A DNA stretch of 64,000 nt from Callorhinchus milii (Eukaryota), in assembly GCF_018977255.1 (NCBI RefSeq), contig NW_024704743.1:31994001-32058000 (forward strand). The letters are read 5' to 3'. Positions within the stretch are counted from its first letter, which is position 1. Each line of letters begins with the position of its first letter. Below, piece by piece: positions 1-11,372 of this stretch. The notes under the pieces were generated by a model, which searched no databases, had not been told where the DNA came from, and worked only from the letters and a program-made list of their open reading frames with translations. The translations under genes were made by a program, and so were the position numbers.

Positions 1-638
1 CACCCCTCAGGCTGCTGAAACCCTCACCCACGCAATCGTCACATCAAGGCTCGATTATGGAAACTCCCTCCTCATCGGCCTTCCCAACTCTTCCCTTCAC
101 AAGCTGTAGATCATCCAAAATTCTGCAGCTCGTGTACTCTCACGCACCAGGCTCTGTGACCCCATCACTCCCACCCTCGCCCGACTCCACTGGCTCCCCA
201 TCCCCCAGAGGATCGAATTCAAGATTCTCGGCCTCACTTTCAAGACCATCCATGGCCTTGCCCCTTCCTACCTCTCTGACCTGCTGACTCCCTACCAACC
301 TGCCCGCTCCCTCCGTTCAGCGAGCTCCGGCCTGCTCCATGTTTCCTGCCCAAACCGTCCTACCATCGGTGGCCGGGCTTTCAGCCTCTCTGCCCCCATA
401 CTCTGGAACTCCATCCCACAGTCCTTTCGTCTCACTTCCTCCCTTGCCTCCTTCAAGGCCAGGTTCAAGACCCTCCTCTTCGATCATGCCTTCAGTCACC
501 CTCCCACCTCTCTGCACTTTCCTCACCCCTACCCCACGCTTCCTAACTTTTCACCTAACCCCTAACTGTCCAGTGCCTTGGGATGTCCTCTCGACGTGAA
601 AGGCGCTCTATAAATGGAATTTTCTTGTTGTTGTTGTT
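1..638 (+). mobile_element. L2-clade LINE 3' fragment (ORF2 C-terminus, 3'UTR, (TTG)n tail)
   Basis: Translates as AAETLTHAIVTSRLDYGNSLLIGLP..KL*IIQNSAARVL..LHWLP (L2 RT C-terminal signature, with an in-frame stop); ends GACGTGAAAGGCGCTCTATAAAT..(TTG)n. Confidence 0.9.
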
Positions 639-674
639 ACATCATAATAACCCTGCCACCAACTCAATAACATC

Positions 675-946
675 AATAAATTACATTTGTATAGAGCATT
701 TCATGTTGGGAAGACATCCCAAAGTACTGGACAGTCAAGGATGTGAACTTGAGCTGGGGGTTGGGATCAGGAGTCGTGGAGGGCAGGGAGGATGAGAGTA
801 GGAGGGTAACCAAAGGCAAAGTCAAAGAAAAAGGTCCTGAAATGGGCCTTAAAGGAGGTAAGGGAGGCGAAGGGACTGTGGGATAGATTTTCAAAGGGTG
901 GAAGCAGAAAGGCTGAAGGCCATACCGCTGATGGTGGGATAGCAGG
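675..946 (-). mobile_element. L2 LINE 3' fragment, tail-to-tail with the previous copy
   Basis: Reverse-complement similarity to the 3' ~270 bp of the copy at 1-638. Confidence 0.8.
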
Positions 947-2429
947 ACATTTATTAACAAACCCACATTTCATTCGACGTGGGTCAATCAAATGACTGTG
1001 TTATTAATCCAACTGAGATCAGCTAACCTACCACACCAACAATTCCCATCCTCCTGCAATGCTGCTACCATTTCAAACTGTTTCTTACATGAGTCCTGAG
1101 ATCTGGCCTCTACCCCCTTCCCCCCTCCCCATTCTGGTAATCTGTTCAAATTGATGATCACTGACTGTATAAAGACGTACAGCAGACAGGGTTAAATATT
1201 GCAGATGTGGTATGAATGAACATACTGGAGTTTTTTGTGTGATAACCTTTGTGAATCAGGGAGTCTCTATGCAGAGCTTTCTCCCAGGAGGCAGAGTGGG
1301 ATGGAGCCTTGAGTCGTGTTTGTTTTTGTGTGTTCTGTGGTAGGAGTGTACCTGACAGACCTAATAACCCTTTCTCATTCTGTGTTCTCTTTTGTTCTCA
1401 GCTGAATGTGAGATTACTGGTGCTGCTCTTGCTTACAAGATGGCAAATTGCTTCGTGCTTCAGTTCCACAGAATCTGAAAGTAATCAACCTCTGGTTACA
1501 CACCAGGCCTAATTTCCAATCCTGACTGCTGCATATCATCACAAGGTAAGGCTACAAGTTCAGTGTCTTGCAATCTGATTTCTAATAATGCTACTTCCTG
1601 ACTCTTTTCAATAGAATCAATGTTCACGCCATTGTACATAAATATCATTACTTTAATTGTCCCCATCCCAAATACATCAGATACATGCTCCCTGTGAAAT
1701 GCTTTAAGACCTTTTGACATAGTAAGTGTTATATTAAATGCCAGGATTATCATAAACAGTTGGTCCCTGGGCATCTACTGATAAAGGACCTAATAATAAT
1801 AATATTAATCCTTATATTTGATATAGTGCCTTTCACATCAGAAGGATTTCACAGGATATATTGTAAAGTGGACTGACTATGTGTGTTTTGCAGGCAAAAG
1901 AAATGAGAAAACAGCCTAAAAAAAATGCAGTAACTTATAAATTACCCTGATTTTAAAAAAAAATTTCGCTTGTAATTTATGGTGTGATTTCCCATAGTAA
2001 TGATGTAGCAAAAAAACTATTTTTATGATGTAAATCACACCAACTAATCACTTTACATGTTGTTTTTCTAACCAGGGTCCTTATTAAGCTCATAGCACTA
2101 ATCAATTGTATATTCATGATTATTCATATTCATGATTATGTTCTGGTGGTACAAATTTCTCTCCGTGTTCAATGTAGCAGCACTAACCTTTTGTTCAGGT
2201 TACTAACTTAGCTAGGTCTCAGTTGATTTCAGTCCCTTATAAATTACCAACCTTTATAAAATTCTTAATTGTTTAAGATCTTGTCCTATTGGTTCAAAGG
2301 ATATTGTATTTGTCTGAATTGTTGTACAGTCTTAAATGTTGTGATGGGGAACAGTCTATCTACTTGTTGGCATCTTATTTCTTCTTTATTCCAATGTTTT
2401 ACAATTTAAAATGGGTACCAATGGTGCCC

Positions 2430-2625
2430 CAATTACACAGGTGCTAAATATATTTGTCAAGTGTGAAATTGGACTATAGAGATCAAGAAGCTCCCAAATT
2501 TAATCCCAGATCTGTGTGAGTTGACTGTTTCACCCTGGGGCCATATAAAGAAGCTGTGATAGGTTTCAGGATTGGCTTAGTGAGGGGAAGGTATAGCTGT
2601 TCATTATTGATCTCCAGTGTCAATT
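2430..2625 (+). mobile_element. Ancient degenerate tRNA-like SINE; related copies at 50690-50870 (-) and 58830-58940 (+)
   Basis: Shared degenerate motif ...AATCCC..TCTGTG(C)TGAGTT..CTGA..TCAG...GGGC..AATT..CCTCAG..CCTGG..AGGG across the three loci; family name not assigned. Confidence 0.45.
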
Positions 2626-3124
2626 GGTTCACCCACAGAGTACATAGTCAATCCACTTTACAGTATATTCTGTGAAGCGCTTTGAGACATCTCAACAACG
2701 TGATAAGGTGCTATATCAAATGCAAGGATTATTATTACTTATTACAGTCACAGTGAATCCTGTGAAGTGCTTGTGAGACAAACTCCCTACATGAAAGCCG
2801 CTATACGAAATGTAAACTATTATTACAGTAAATCGAATATAAATTGTAGATTATTGATTAAGTCGTATAAAATCCTATTTAATCAATAATCTACACTGTA
2901 CATGCATAATTCAATGAAGCGTTAAGTGCGCATGCTGTAGTTCGTCACTGTAGCCAGTAAGTGCGAATGTGGTGATGGGTCAAGACTAAGTTTCCGGTAA
3001 TTCAATGTGTCTTAACCTGTCGCCGCATGCGCACTTCCTGACAAGCAATGGAGTTGAGTTGAATTGAATCGCGGGAAATGAGGTCCTTCAGTGAAGGACC
3101 AAGATTATGCTTCCTGCAATTCAA

Positions 3125-3350
3125 TGCAGAGGGTGGTAAGAATGTGGAACTCACTGCCAGAAGTTGTGGTTGAAGCAGAAAGCATCAATATATTCTAGAG
3201 GAAACTCGAAGCACACATGAAGGAGAAGGGAATAGAGGGGTCTGGGAGAAGAGATTAGGATGGGTGGAGGCTCATGTGGAGTATAAACACTGACATTGAG
3301 CTGAATGGCCTGTTTGTGTACTGTATGGTCTATAGCATTCTAGGTATGTA
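3125..3350 (+). mobile_element. CR1-type LINE 3' end
   Basis: RVVRMWNSLPEVVVEAESI-like coding remnant followed by the CR1-type 3' end GCTGAATGGCCTGTT..TGTACTGTA..TCTAT. Confidence 0.75.
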
Positions 3351-4235
3351 AATTACCATAGTTATTGGTGGGGAACAGGAGCACTTTCAGTTCATGCACA
3401 AAACAGAAAATTACACTTATTTTACTGACAATTTTAATAGTATATCATTTAAAGCCACAAAGTAGAATGAGGCTTCACAGTAATCATGTGAAAAGAAAGT
3501 CACGTATGTACAGAAGAGAAAAGAAATGATCAGCTGAAGGTTTTAAATAAAACTACATTGTGATAGCCAGATACTCAACCATGTCTTCAGTGACTACTTA
3601 CTGAAATTTTCTGTTAAAACGTGATGTTTCAGAACGGATTCAGTTTGCACATCGAATCAGTTAAGAAATGTTGCATTTTTCACCCCATTATATTTTCTCG
3701 TACAGCTTTGGCTTTCCCCTCCCTCTACTTTTTTCTTACTGAAACTGAACAAAGGGTAATGTTTCCCACCTCCCCTCTCCTCCCATCCACCGCATAAATA
3801 CTAAAAGGTAAAGCCCTTACCCTGGAGTATTGCTTTAAGAAAATCCATCTCTCTTAATTCTCTCACCTAAATATTTAATACCCATGTACGCTGCTGTGGG
3901 ATGTTGAGGGCACTGTCAAGCTAATACATGGAGCACATACAGCAGAATGCTCATGGTAATGATGTTTTTAAAGGTCAGCAAGGAATTTGTTGCACGAATA
4001 AGTTGAAGGAAGACTCAAGTGAAACGTGCTGAACCAATGTCACTGCACAATATCTTGGGGCTGTCTAATTGCTTCGCAACCCAGCCTTCCACTCCGAGAG
4101 AAGTAACCTCTTTAAAATGAACGTCTAGGGCACATGGGCATAAGGCAAAATGGTTCTGTCAGACATATCAGTGTGTGCAGCATTTGTAGGAGTTTCAACT
4201 GTAGAGTCTCACAACATCAACAACAACAAATTATA

Positions 4236-4740
4236 TAATATAATAATAATCCTTGTATTTGATATAGCGCCTTATCAAGCGACATTTCAAAGCACTTAAC
4301 AGGAATACTGTAAAGTCATTTGACAGTGTATTTTGTGGGCGAAACACGGCAGTCAGTTTACACACAGCAATGTCCCACAAACAGTCTTCAACAACAACAA
4401 CAAGATTGCATTTATAGAGCGCCTTTCACGTCGGGAGGACATCCCGAGGCGCTGGACAATTGCATTTATATAGCACCCTTCATATGCATTAATGTTTCGG
4501 TGCACTGAATAATGGCATAGTTTGATGCTGAGATGAGGAGAAAGGAGAGGTGACCATAGGCACGGGCAAAGGGGAAAGTCTTCAGGTGCGATCCAAAGGC
4601 AGGAAAAGAGGGGACAAGGCAGAGGGATTGACGTAGAGTGTTCCAGAATTTCGGAGCACAGTGGCTGAGAGCAATAAGAATAAGAATAATAATCCTTGCA
4701 TTTGATATAGCGCTTTATCATGTCTTCAAAACGTCTCAAA
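4236..4740 (-). mobile_element. Nested cluster of SINE tail, L2 tail, older L2 fragment and second SINE tail, all on the minus strand
   Basis: (AAT)n-CCTTGTATTTGATATAGCG SINE tail at ~4236-4388; (CAA)n L2 tail from ~4389; older L2 ~4457-4670; SINE tail ~4673-4740. Confidence 0.75.
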
Positions 4741-5618
4741 TTTTACTTTATATTGTCATCAGGAAGTGAACAGAACTAATAGTCTTTGATTTTTCTAGCA
4801 AATCTCCACACTGAAATAGCTCAAGCACTTTTCAGGTAATTACAGTGCAGTCATGTAATGCTCCTCACTGCAGTGCAGTTATCCTCATAACATAATTGTA
4901 CAGTGGATCCCTTTCCTAGCTTTGTGCACTGGGTCCTTTCACTTCCGTTGGCCAGTCAACTTTTGTGGTGAAATGGACAACTTCCAGGACATTAGGTTGC
5001 TGCTGACATCACTTCCTGCTCTGCTGCATATGCACAAAGTGACATCAACAGCAACTTAATGACCAGAAGTTATACATTTTAGCTTCCAGCTAAAAATGGG
5101 TTAAAATTTGCAGTATTCCTTAAAGTATTCCTTACCTTATGTCAACGTAAAATAACTACCAGTAGGTGGTGTACCTCTTACATCAGGGGTAAATAAAATG
5201 GCAACAGTGGGTCCTAGAGAGATCCAAAGTAACTTAGTAGGAGAGGGGTGTGCCGCCTGCTGGTAGTTATTAACTAAATATTTTAAGGTTTGACAGATTT
5301 TAATTCTACAGCACAGCACCTTTAAAGTTCCCTGAGTGCCCTGCTCTGGGGTAAAATACCACCTGGATCTTGATTTACTCTATTAATGTCGCTATCCAGA
5401 GCGTCCAGAATTTGTCACCTTGTTAAACACAGCCTTTAATTTTGCAAGATCTTTTAACAAATACAGAAAATGAGTTTCAAAATTAAAACTGAATACAACA
5501 ATTTGCCAAAATCTGCACAGCTCTGAAAGGCTAGAGATTAGAATAAATTGAAACCCCATTTCTGCCCTATTTACTGTCTTTATACTTGTGTAGATTTTAT
5601 TTTCGAGTTTCCCTATCT

Positions 5619-6418
5619 ACAACATATCAGGAGGACGTCCCAAGCCACTGGACAATGAGTGTTTCAGATCCAAGCTGGGGTTGGGATCAGGGAGGTTGGA
5701 GGGCAGGGGCGAAAGGAGGGTGATCAAAGCCACGGTCGAAGAGGAAGGTCTTGAGACGGGTCTTCAAGGAGGCTAGGGTGGGTGCGAGGTGGAGGGAATG
5801 CCCGTTGGAGTTCCAGAGGGTGGGAGCAGAGTGGCTGAAGGCCTGCCCGCCAATGGTGGGGCGGGCAAGGCAGGGGACATGAAGCAGGCTGGAGCCCGCT
5901 GAGTGGAGGGAGTGTGAGATTGGTAGGGGGTTAGGAGGTTGTAGAGGTAGGGAGGAGCAAGGCTAAGGAGGGCTTTGAAAGTGAGAACCAGGATCTTGAA
6001 CTGTATCCTCTGTGTGATGGGAAGCCAGTGGAGTCAGGTGAGGATGGGGGTGATAGGGTCACGGAGCCTGGTGCATGGGGAGGCCGACAAGCAGGGAGTT
6101 TGTATAGTCAAGCCTGGATGTTATGAATGCGTGTATGAGGGTCTCGGCAACCTGAGGTCCAAGACAGTGGTGGAGCCGGGCGATGTTGCAGAGGTGGGGG
6201 AAGGCAGAGCGGGTCATGGCATGAATGTGGTGTAGAAAGGATAGTTGAGAGTCAAACAAGACAGCAATGTTCATGACTGGCTCAGTGAGGTGGAGTGTGT
6301 ATCCTTGGATGGTGATGCTCTTGGCACCTGAGGTGAGGAGACGCTGACACGAGCCAATCAGGAGAGCTTTTGTCTTGTTGACGTTCAACTGTAGAAAGTT
6401 AGCTCTCATCCAGGACTA
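5619..6418 (-). mobile_element. L2 LINE fragment including the RT C-terminus
   Basis: ORF 6059-6409: MRANFLQLNVNKTKALLIGS...AETLIHAFITSRLDYTNSLLVGLP, continuing into the L2 3'UTR. Confidence 0.9.
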
Positions 6419-7061
6419 ATGTTGCTTCTTGAGGTTTATCAACCCAAGTAGCTTATTTGCATTGTATGAGTTCCATATAAGCAATAGTTCTTCTGGGATT
6501 CCTCTATCTGTCCTTCACATATATGAGGGAGAAGTGAATAAAGGTCGTTAGAAGGAGGAGGCTCATGTGAATAATAAACGCCGTACAGAGTAGTTGAGTT
6601 GAATAATCTATTTCCATATTGTGATGTTCTATGTAATTCTCTGTAACCTACTCTCTGTAATTACATCTGGTGACGAATCTCAAATAAGATAATTGAGATT
6701 TGCCACCAAATGTTAGGTACAGACACAGTACAGTCTGAGTGCAAAATCTAGAGCAAGAATTTCCCATGGGTCAAACCACCGTGTCTAGGTAATATCACCA
6801 GTGATAACATCAGATGCCAAAGTTTTGACCTCTATTATTGTATAAGAATCCTTGCATTTATATAGCGCTTTTCACGTCTTCAAGACATCTCAAAGCGCTT
6901 CACAGAATATACTGTAAAGTGAATTGACTGTATATTTATGGGCGAAACACGGCAGCCAATTGTGCACAGCAGGGTCCCACAAACAGTTGTGGATTGAGTG
7001 ACAAAATTATTTTTTTTAAGGATTTTTCAATTGAAATGCAAAATATGATGTGTTACATTGT

Positions 7062-7580
7062 GTCAGCTTGGCTCACTTGGTAGAGCTCTTGCCTCTGAAT
7101 CATAAGCTTTTGTGTTCAAGTCCCACTTTGGGACTCGGCAAGTGATGGCTGACCCATAATCTGGACGCTGGAAGTAGCCCACTGAACATGCACACTAGAC
7201 TAGATGAGTCTGCTTTAAACCAATGTTTTGTTTCCATTTTTTTCTTGATTGAATATATCTTGGTTTATGCCAAAAATCCAGATATATTCAATAAAGAAAA
7301 TAGATCATGTTGGATGACCAAAAGGCTAGCCACCACTGGTCTAGGATGACACTCCAACACAGTGTTGGGGTTGTGCTGAATTGTCAGCGGTGGCGTGCTT
7401 TGGATGAGATGATAAACCGAGGTCTATTCTATTAGGTGGATGTTAAAGATGGCCCTGTTCAAAAAGAGTATTTCTCCTGATTTCCAGGTCACCGACAATC
7501 CCAGATTTAAAAAAATGATCATTCTCTTCCTGGTTGTTTGTAGGATGTAAAGCACTATATCAAATACAACAATTATTATA
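7062..7580 (+). mobile_element. Deu-domain tRNA-SINE interrupted by a MITE
   Basis: tRNA-like head (TGGCTCACTTGGTAG..GTTCAAGTCC), then Deu-type core GGATGAGATGATAAACCGAGG..GGTGGATGTTAAAGAT. Confidence 0.75.
7140..7338. mobile_element. hAT-like MITE with internal ~60-bp palindrome (copy 1)
   Basis: Imperfect TIRs AAGTGATGGCTGACC / GGCTAGCCACCACTG; inserted at the SINE's GTCTAGG site; homologous in reverse orientation to 56956-57211. Confidence 0.7.
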
Positions 7581-10048
7581 TATAAAGATTCCACACAAGC
7601 ACTCCATAGGAAATATAATGAAACACTGCAAGTTATATCAACAACTTGCATTTATATTGCTTCTTTCATGCCGGAAAGTGTGTTGGAGTGACAGTATGGG
7701 GACAGTTTAACACTGCAATGTGAAATGGATTTAAGAGTATCTTGTGACAGGACAACAATAATAATAATAATCCTTGTAAAAGAAGACAGCAGGGTCTGCT
7801 GTACTACAGCAGCACCACATGCCTGAGCATGAACCATTACCCTCCTGATTAAAACAAGCACCAGCTCAGATGCACTTACTGCAAGAGTTTTGAGCATATG
7901 GCGGGTGAGGTGCCAGTGGGAGTTAAGGTGAGTATAGTGGTTTGGCACGGCTAGAGCCCCAACTGAGTAGGATGACCTGCGTGAGCCTGCTTTCAAACAT
8001 TGTATCATAAGTTATTAGTAGGTGGTATAACAGTACCTGCTGTAGGACAGCATGCGTAATGGTTGGACAGCCAGGTGCTCTGTAAGGCATAATGGTGCAA
8101 GATATAGGACTTCATCTTATTGGAGATATCAAAGGTTGGGAGTCACAGCCACATAGGCACGTTAAGTGAGACTTTGTTTCCCCCCGACCACCCACCCTCA
8201 CCCACCCTCACCCCCTGTGAAAGTGTGAGGATGGGGTGGATGGTCATGCTGAATTTTGGTTTTATGTTTGTAGATACTCTCACTAAATATACAGTCAATT
8301 CACTTTACAGTATATTCTGTTAAGTGTTTTGAGACGTCTCAAAGACGTGATAAGCTGCTCTATCAAACACAAGGATTATTATTATTCATTATTAATAAAT
8401 GACTTTGTTGGGTGGTCTGGTAACATGAAGGAACCCACTCCTTGGTACAGAGTGTCATCTCAGGTGACACGGCTTGTCGGCGTCCTGAGGAATATTTCTC
8501 CCTCTGTGATTTATTGGAGCTCACCCGTGGCTGTCAGTGCAGTAAACAGCATCTCATGGCATCCAGCTCACCACAGCAGCCTCCAACAGCTTACATCAGA
8601 ACAGACAAACAGCGCTGATCAAATGTCACATTTTCATGGCTCAGATGAGAGCTATTCAGAATAACAGTGTTAGTGTTGTTTCCAACAGTGGCGGGGGGAT
8701 GGGGGGCTTTCTATTTAACATGAATAAAACAGTTGTAAAAGTTTAATTTTCAAGGTTTGAGTTTTCCATTCAAGGATATTGCTGTTTAACTTTTTTCTCA
8801 GAGCACCACTGCCTTGTGCCTGCGGATGATGCCTCCGCTCATTTGATTCAGTTTCTGTAGCAGCGAACCGCTCCTCGTGGGCTGAAGCCCCGTGCATTGA
8901 GTGCGGCAGAAGCCTTGGCAATAATCGGAGCTGCTTCCGACAGCGTGAAGAAACGAAACATGGGTACTCCAGCCCTGGCCATTAGAAAGCATTTACTGCC
9001 AACAACTGTGCTGAAAGGATCCTGGCCTGAGTCCAACTACTGCACCTGCGTTGGGCACGGCTGCAAAACAGAGCGTTCGAAAAAAAAACCCTGTCTGATA
9101 AATAATCCACTGTTCAGCACTTACTGGAGCTCTCCAGCCTTTGCTGCGGCAAACAGATTTGCTGTCGGCCATCCTTTAAAGAAGTGGGCGACACTCTGTC
9201 AAAGCCATGAGAGCCGCTCTCTCATTGCGATGTACTCAGACTGCAGAGCTGGACAAAGCTCCCTTTTAGCTCCAGGGAACCAGATGTACTTGTTCTCAAA
9301 GCGGCACACACCAGCTCTTCATTGCGTTTCCCTTCTGCAGGTTTCAAACATCTGTTTTAAGGACAAAGCCAGCCTGTGCCGCGCTTGACTCGCCGACGCT
9401 CCTTGTTTGACACACTGACTGTACTGCGTGGCAGAGTGATGTGTGCGCCTAGCTCAGCTGAAGCCAGTTGACCGCTCAGGTTAAAGAGCACGCTTGTTTA
9501 TGACACTGAGGGCAAGTCCTCAATCTATGGCTTCTTACTTGTTCAGCTCTGGTCAACTGATTCCCTGCAGCTCCCAGAAGCTCTATGCACCGAAGGTGGC
9601 TTTTGCTGCTAATCGTTTGGTTAAGTATCTGCTCGGATTTTATTATATGTATGTAAATACTACTGTGTGCAATTGGCTGCCGCATTTCACACACAAAAAT
9701 ACAGTCAATTCACTGTACAGTATATTCTGCGAAGTGTTTTCAGACCTCTCAACAACGTGATAAAGTGTTGTATCAAATGCAAAGATTATTATTATAAATA
9801 CATGCACAAAGCTAAAAGTTGTCCTGGATAGAATTACATTCTTTGCAAACGTGTCAGCAACAAGTACTGCCGGACAGCTAGAGCTTGTACTTTGAATTGC
9901 TCCTAGTGCCCTGGCCAACATTCCCCCCAATAAAATTGGTCAGTCACTTATTGGCTGTTTGTGGGACATTGCTGTGCGCAAATTGGCTGCTGAGTTCACC
10001 CACAAAATAATACATAGTCATTACACTTCACAGTATACATGCTGCAGT

Positions 10049-10431
10049 GGAGTCCTGTAGCTCAGTGGTTACACCATTCGTCCTGCAAGTGAGATACCTG
10101 GGTTAGATTCCAGGCAGTGCGAAATGTTGGGCAAGTTTCCTTACTCCACACGCCTCTGTTTACCTAGCAGTAAGTAGGAACCCAGTTGTTAGTCGATTGG
10201 TGGATCGCTTTTCTGGAGGTAATAATTCCTTAAAAAAAAATAACAACAAATTGGTCATTTCAATCCACGACTGTTCGTGGGACACTGCTGTGTGCAATTG
10301 GCTGCCACATTCTTTTTATTCCCACAAAATATACATTCAATTCACTTTACAGTATATTCGGTGAGGAGCTTTGCGATGTCTCGAAGACGTGATAAGGCGC
10401 TATATCAAATGCAAGGATTATCATATTATTA
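10049..10431 (+). mobile_element. Full-length tRNA-derived SINE, family A (CORE-like middle, Deu-like 3' part, L2-like tail)
   Basis: GGAGTCCTGTAGCTCAGTGG (A box) ... GGGTTAGATTCC (B box) ... TTGGGCAAGTTTCCTTACTCCAC ... tail GATAAGGCGCTATATCAAATGCAAGG(ATT)n. Confidence 0.85.
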
Positions 10432-11372
10432 TATCTTGCGAAAAATTTTGAGACGTCCTCCTGAGTAAGGTGCTATGTCAAATGTAAGGATTTTTGTTAT
10501 TATTCTCCACCAGTTACAAAGCGTGTGCCTGCTCGACAGGCTCAGTACAATATCCCCCACCACATCTCCATTCCAGTGGCTTCCGTGTGTGAGACTTCTC
10601 TGTGAGGGAGACTGCCTCATTAGTGCTAGTTTTATGGTGGCAACTCACTTCCACTGGAAACGGGTTAAAGTCTATCATTTTGCTCCAGTCCCTTAAAAAC
10701 TCTGAGAGCGAGAAAACTTTACATCATGAAACGCTCATCAATGCATCAATGCAATGCATCAATGCTCATGAACAGGGCATAACAATGATTGACAGGCTTT
10801 TAGCCTGTAGATGTGGGCTGCTACAGATGTTTCTACACTCTGTGTGAGAATTAGGAAGAGTTGTTTATACAGCAGCTGTGTTTGTTTCAGGAAGGACCAA
10901 TCAGAGAAAAAGTATGTGCTGTCTTTTGTGCCAGTTTGGCTCAGTCAATAGCACTCTCACCTCTCTGTAAGCGTTCTGAGTTGCTATTCCGTGTGAAGGC
11001 AGCTACAAAATGCAAGTGGTTGTTGTTATATAGCCTGTAAGTTCAAACCCACATATTCGTAAATGCTTCAATGCAACACAGGGGAAAGCATTGTTGCGCC
11101 GAATTCCAGGAGACATTAAACCACTACAATTTACATTCGTATTGCGTCTTTCACGTCAGGATGACGTTTCAAAGCACTTAACAATGCTTGAGGGGCACTT
11201 GAGCTGGGGATAGAACCCAAGGAGAATGAGGGGAGGAAAAATGACCAAAAGCTCAGTCAAAGAGGTATGCTTCAAGCTGTGCCTTGAATAAGGGGAGAGA
11301 CTCTGGGATTGAGTTCCAGAGACTTTTCCACAAAGTTGATAAGACATTTTATCAAATGCAAGGGTTATTATT

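Noticed and set aside
57..599. Pro/Ser-rich ORFs here and their look-alikes (16113, 22360, 53108, 58934)
   Set aside because: Alternative frames of L2 LINE 3' fragments.
8897..9388. 163-aa ORF as a protein-coding gene
   Set aside because: TTG start, no recognisable domain and no supportable exon structure; kept only as part of the GC-rich block finding.
10049..10125. Functional tRNA genes at SINE heads
   Set aside because: A/B boxes are present, but each continues into a SINE body and the copies are diverged; no intact cloverleaf is supportable.
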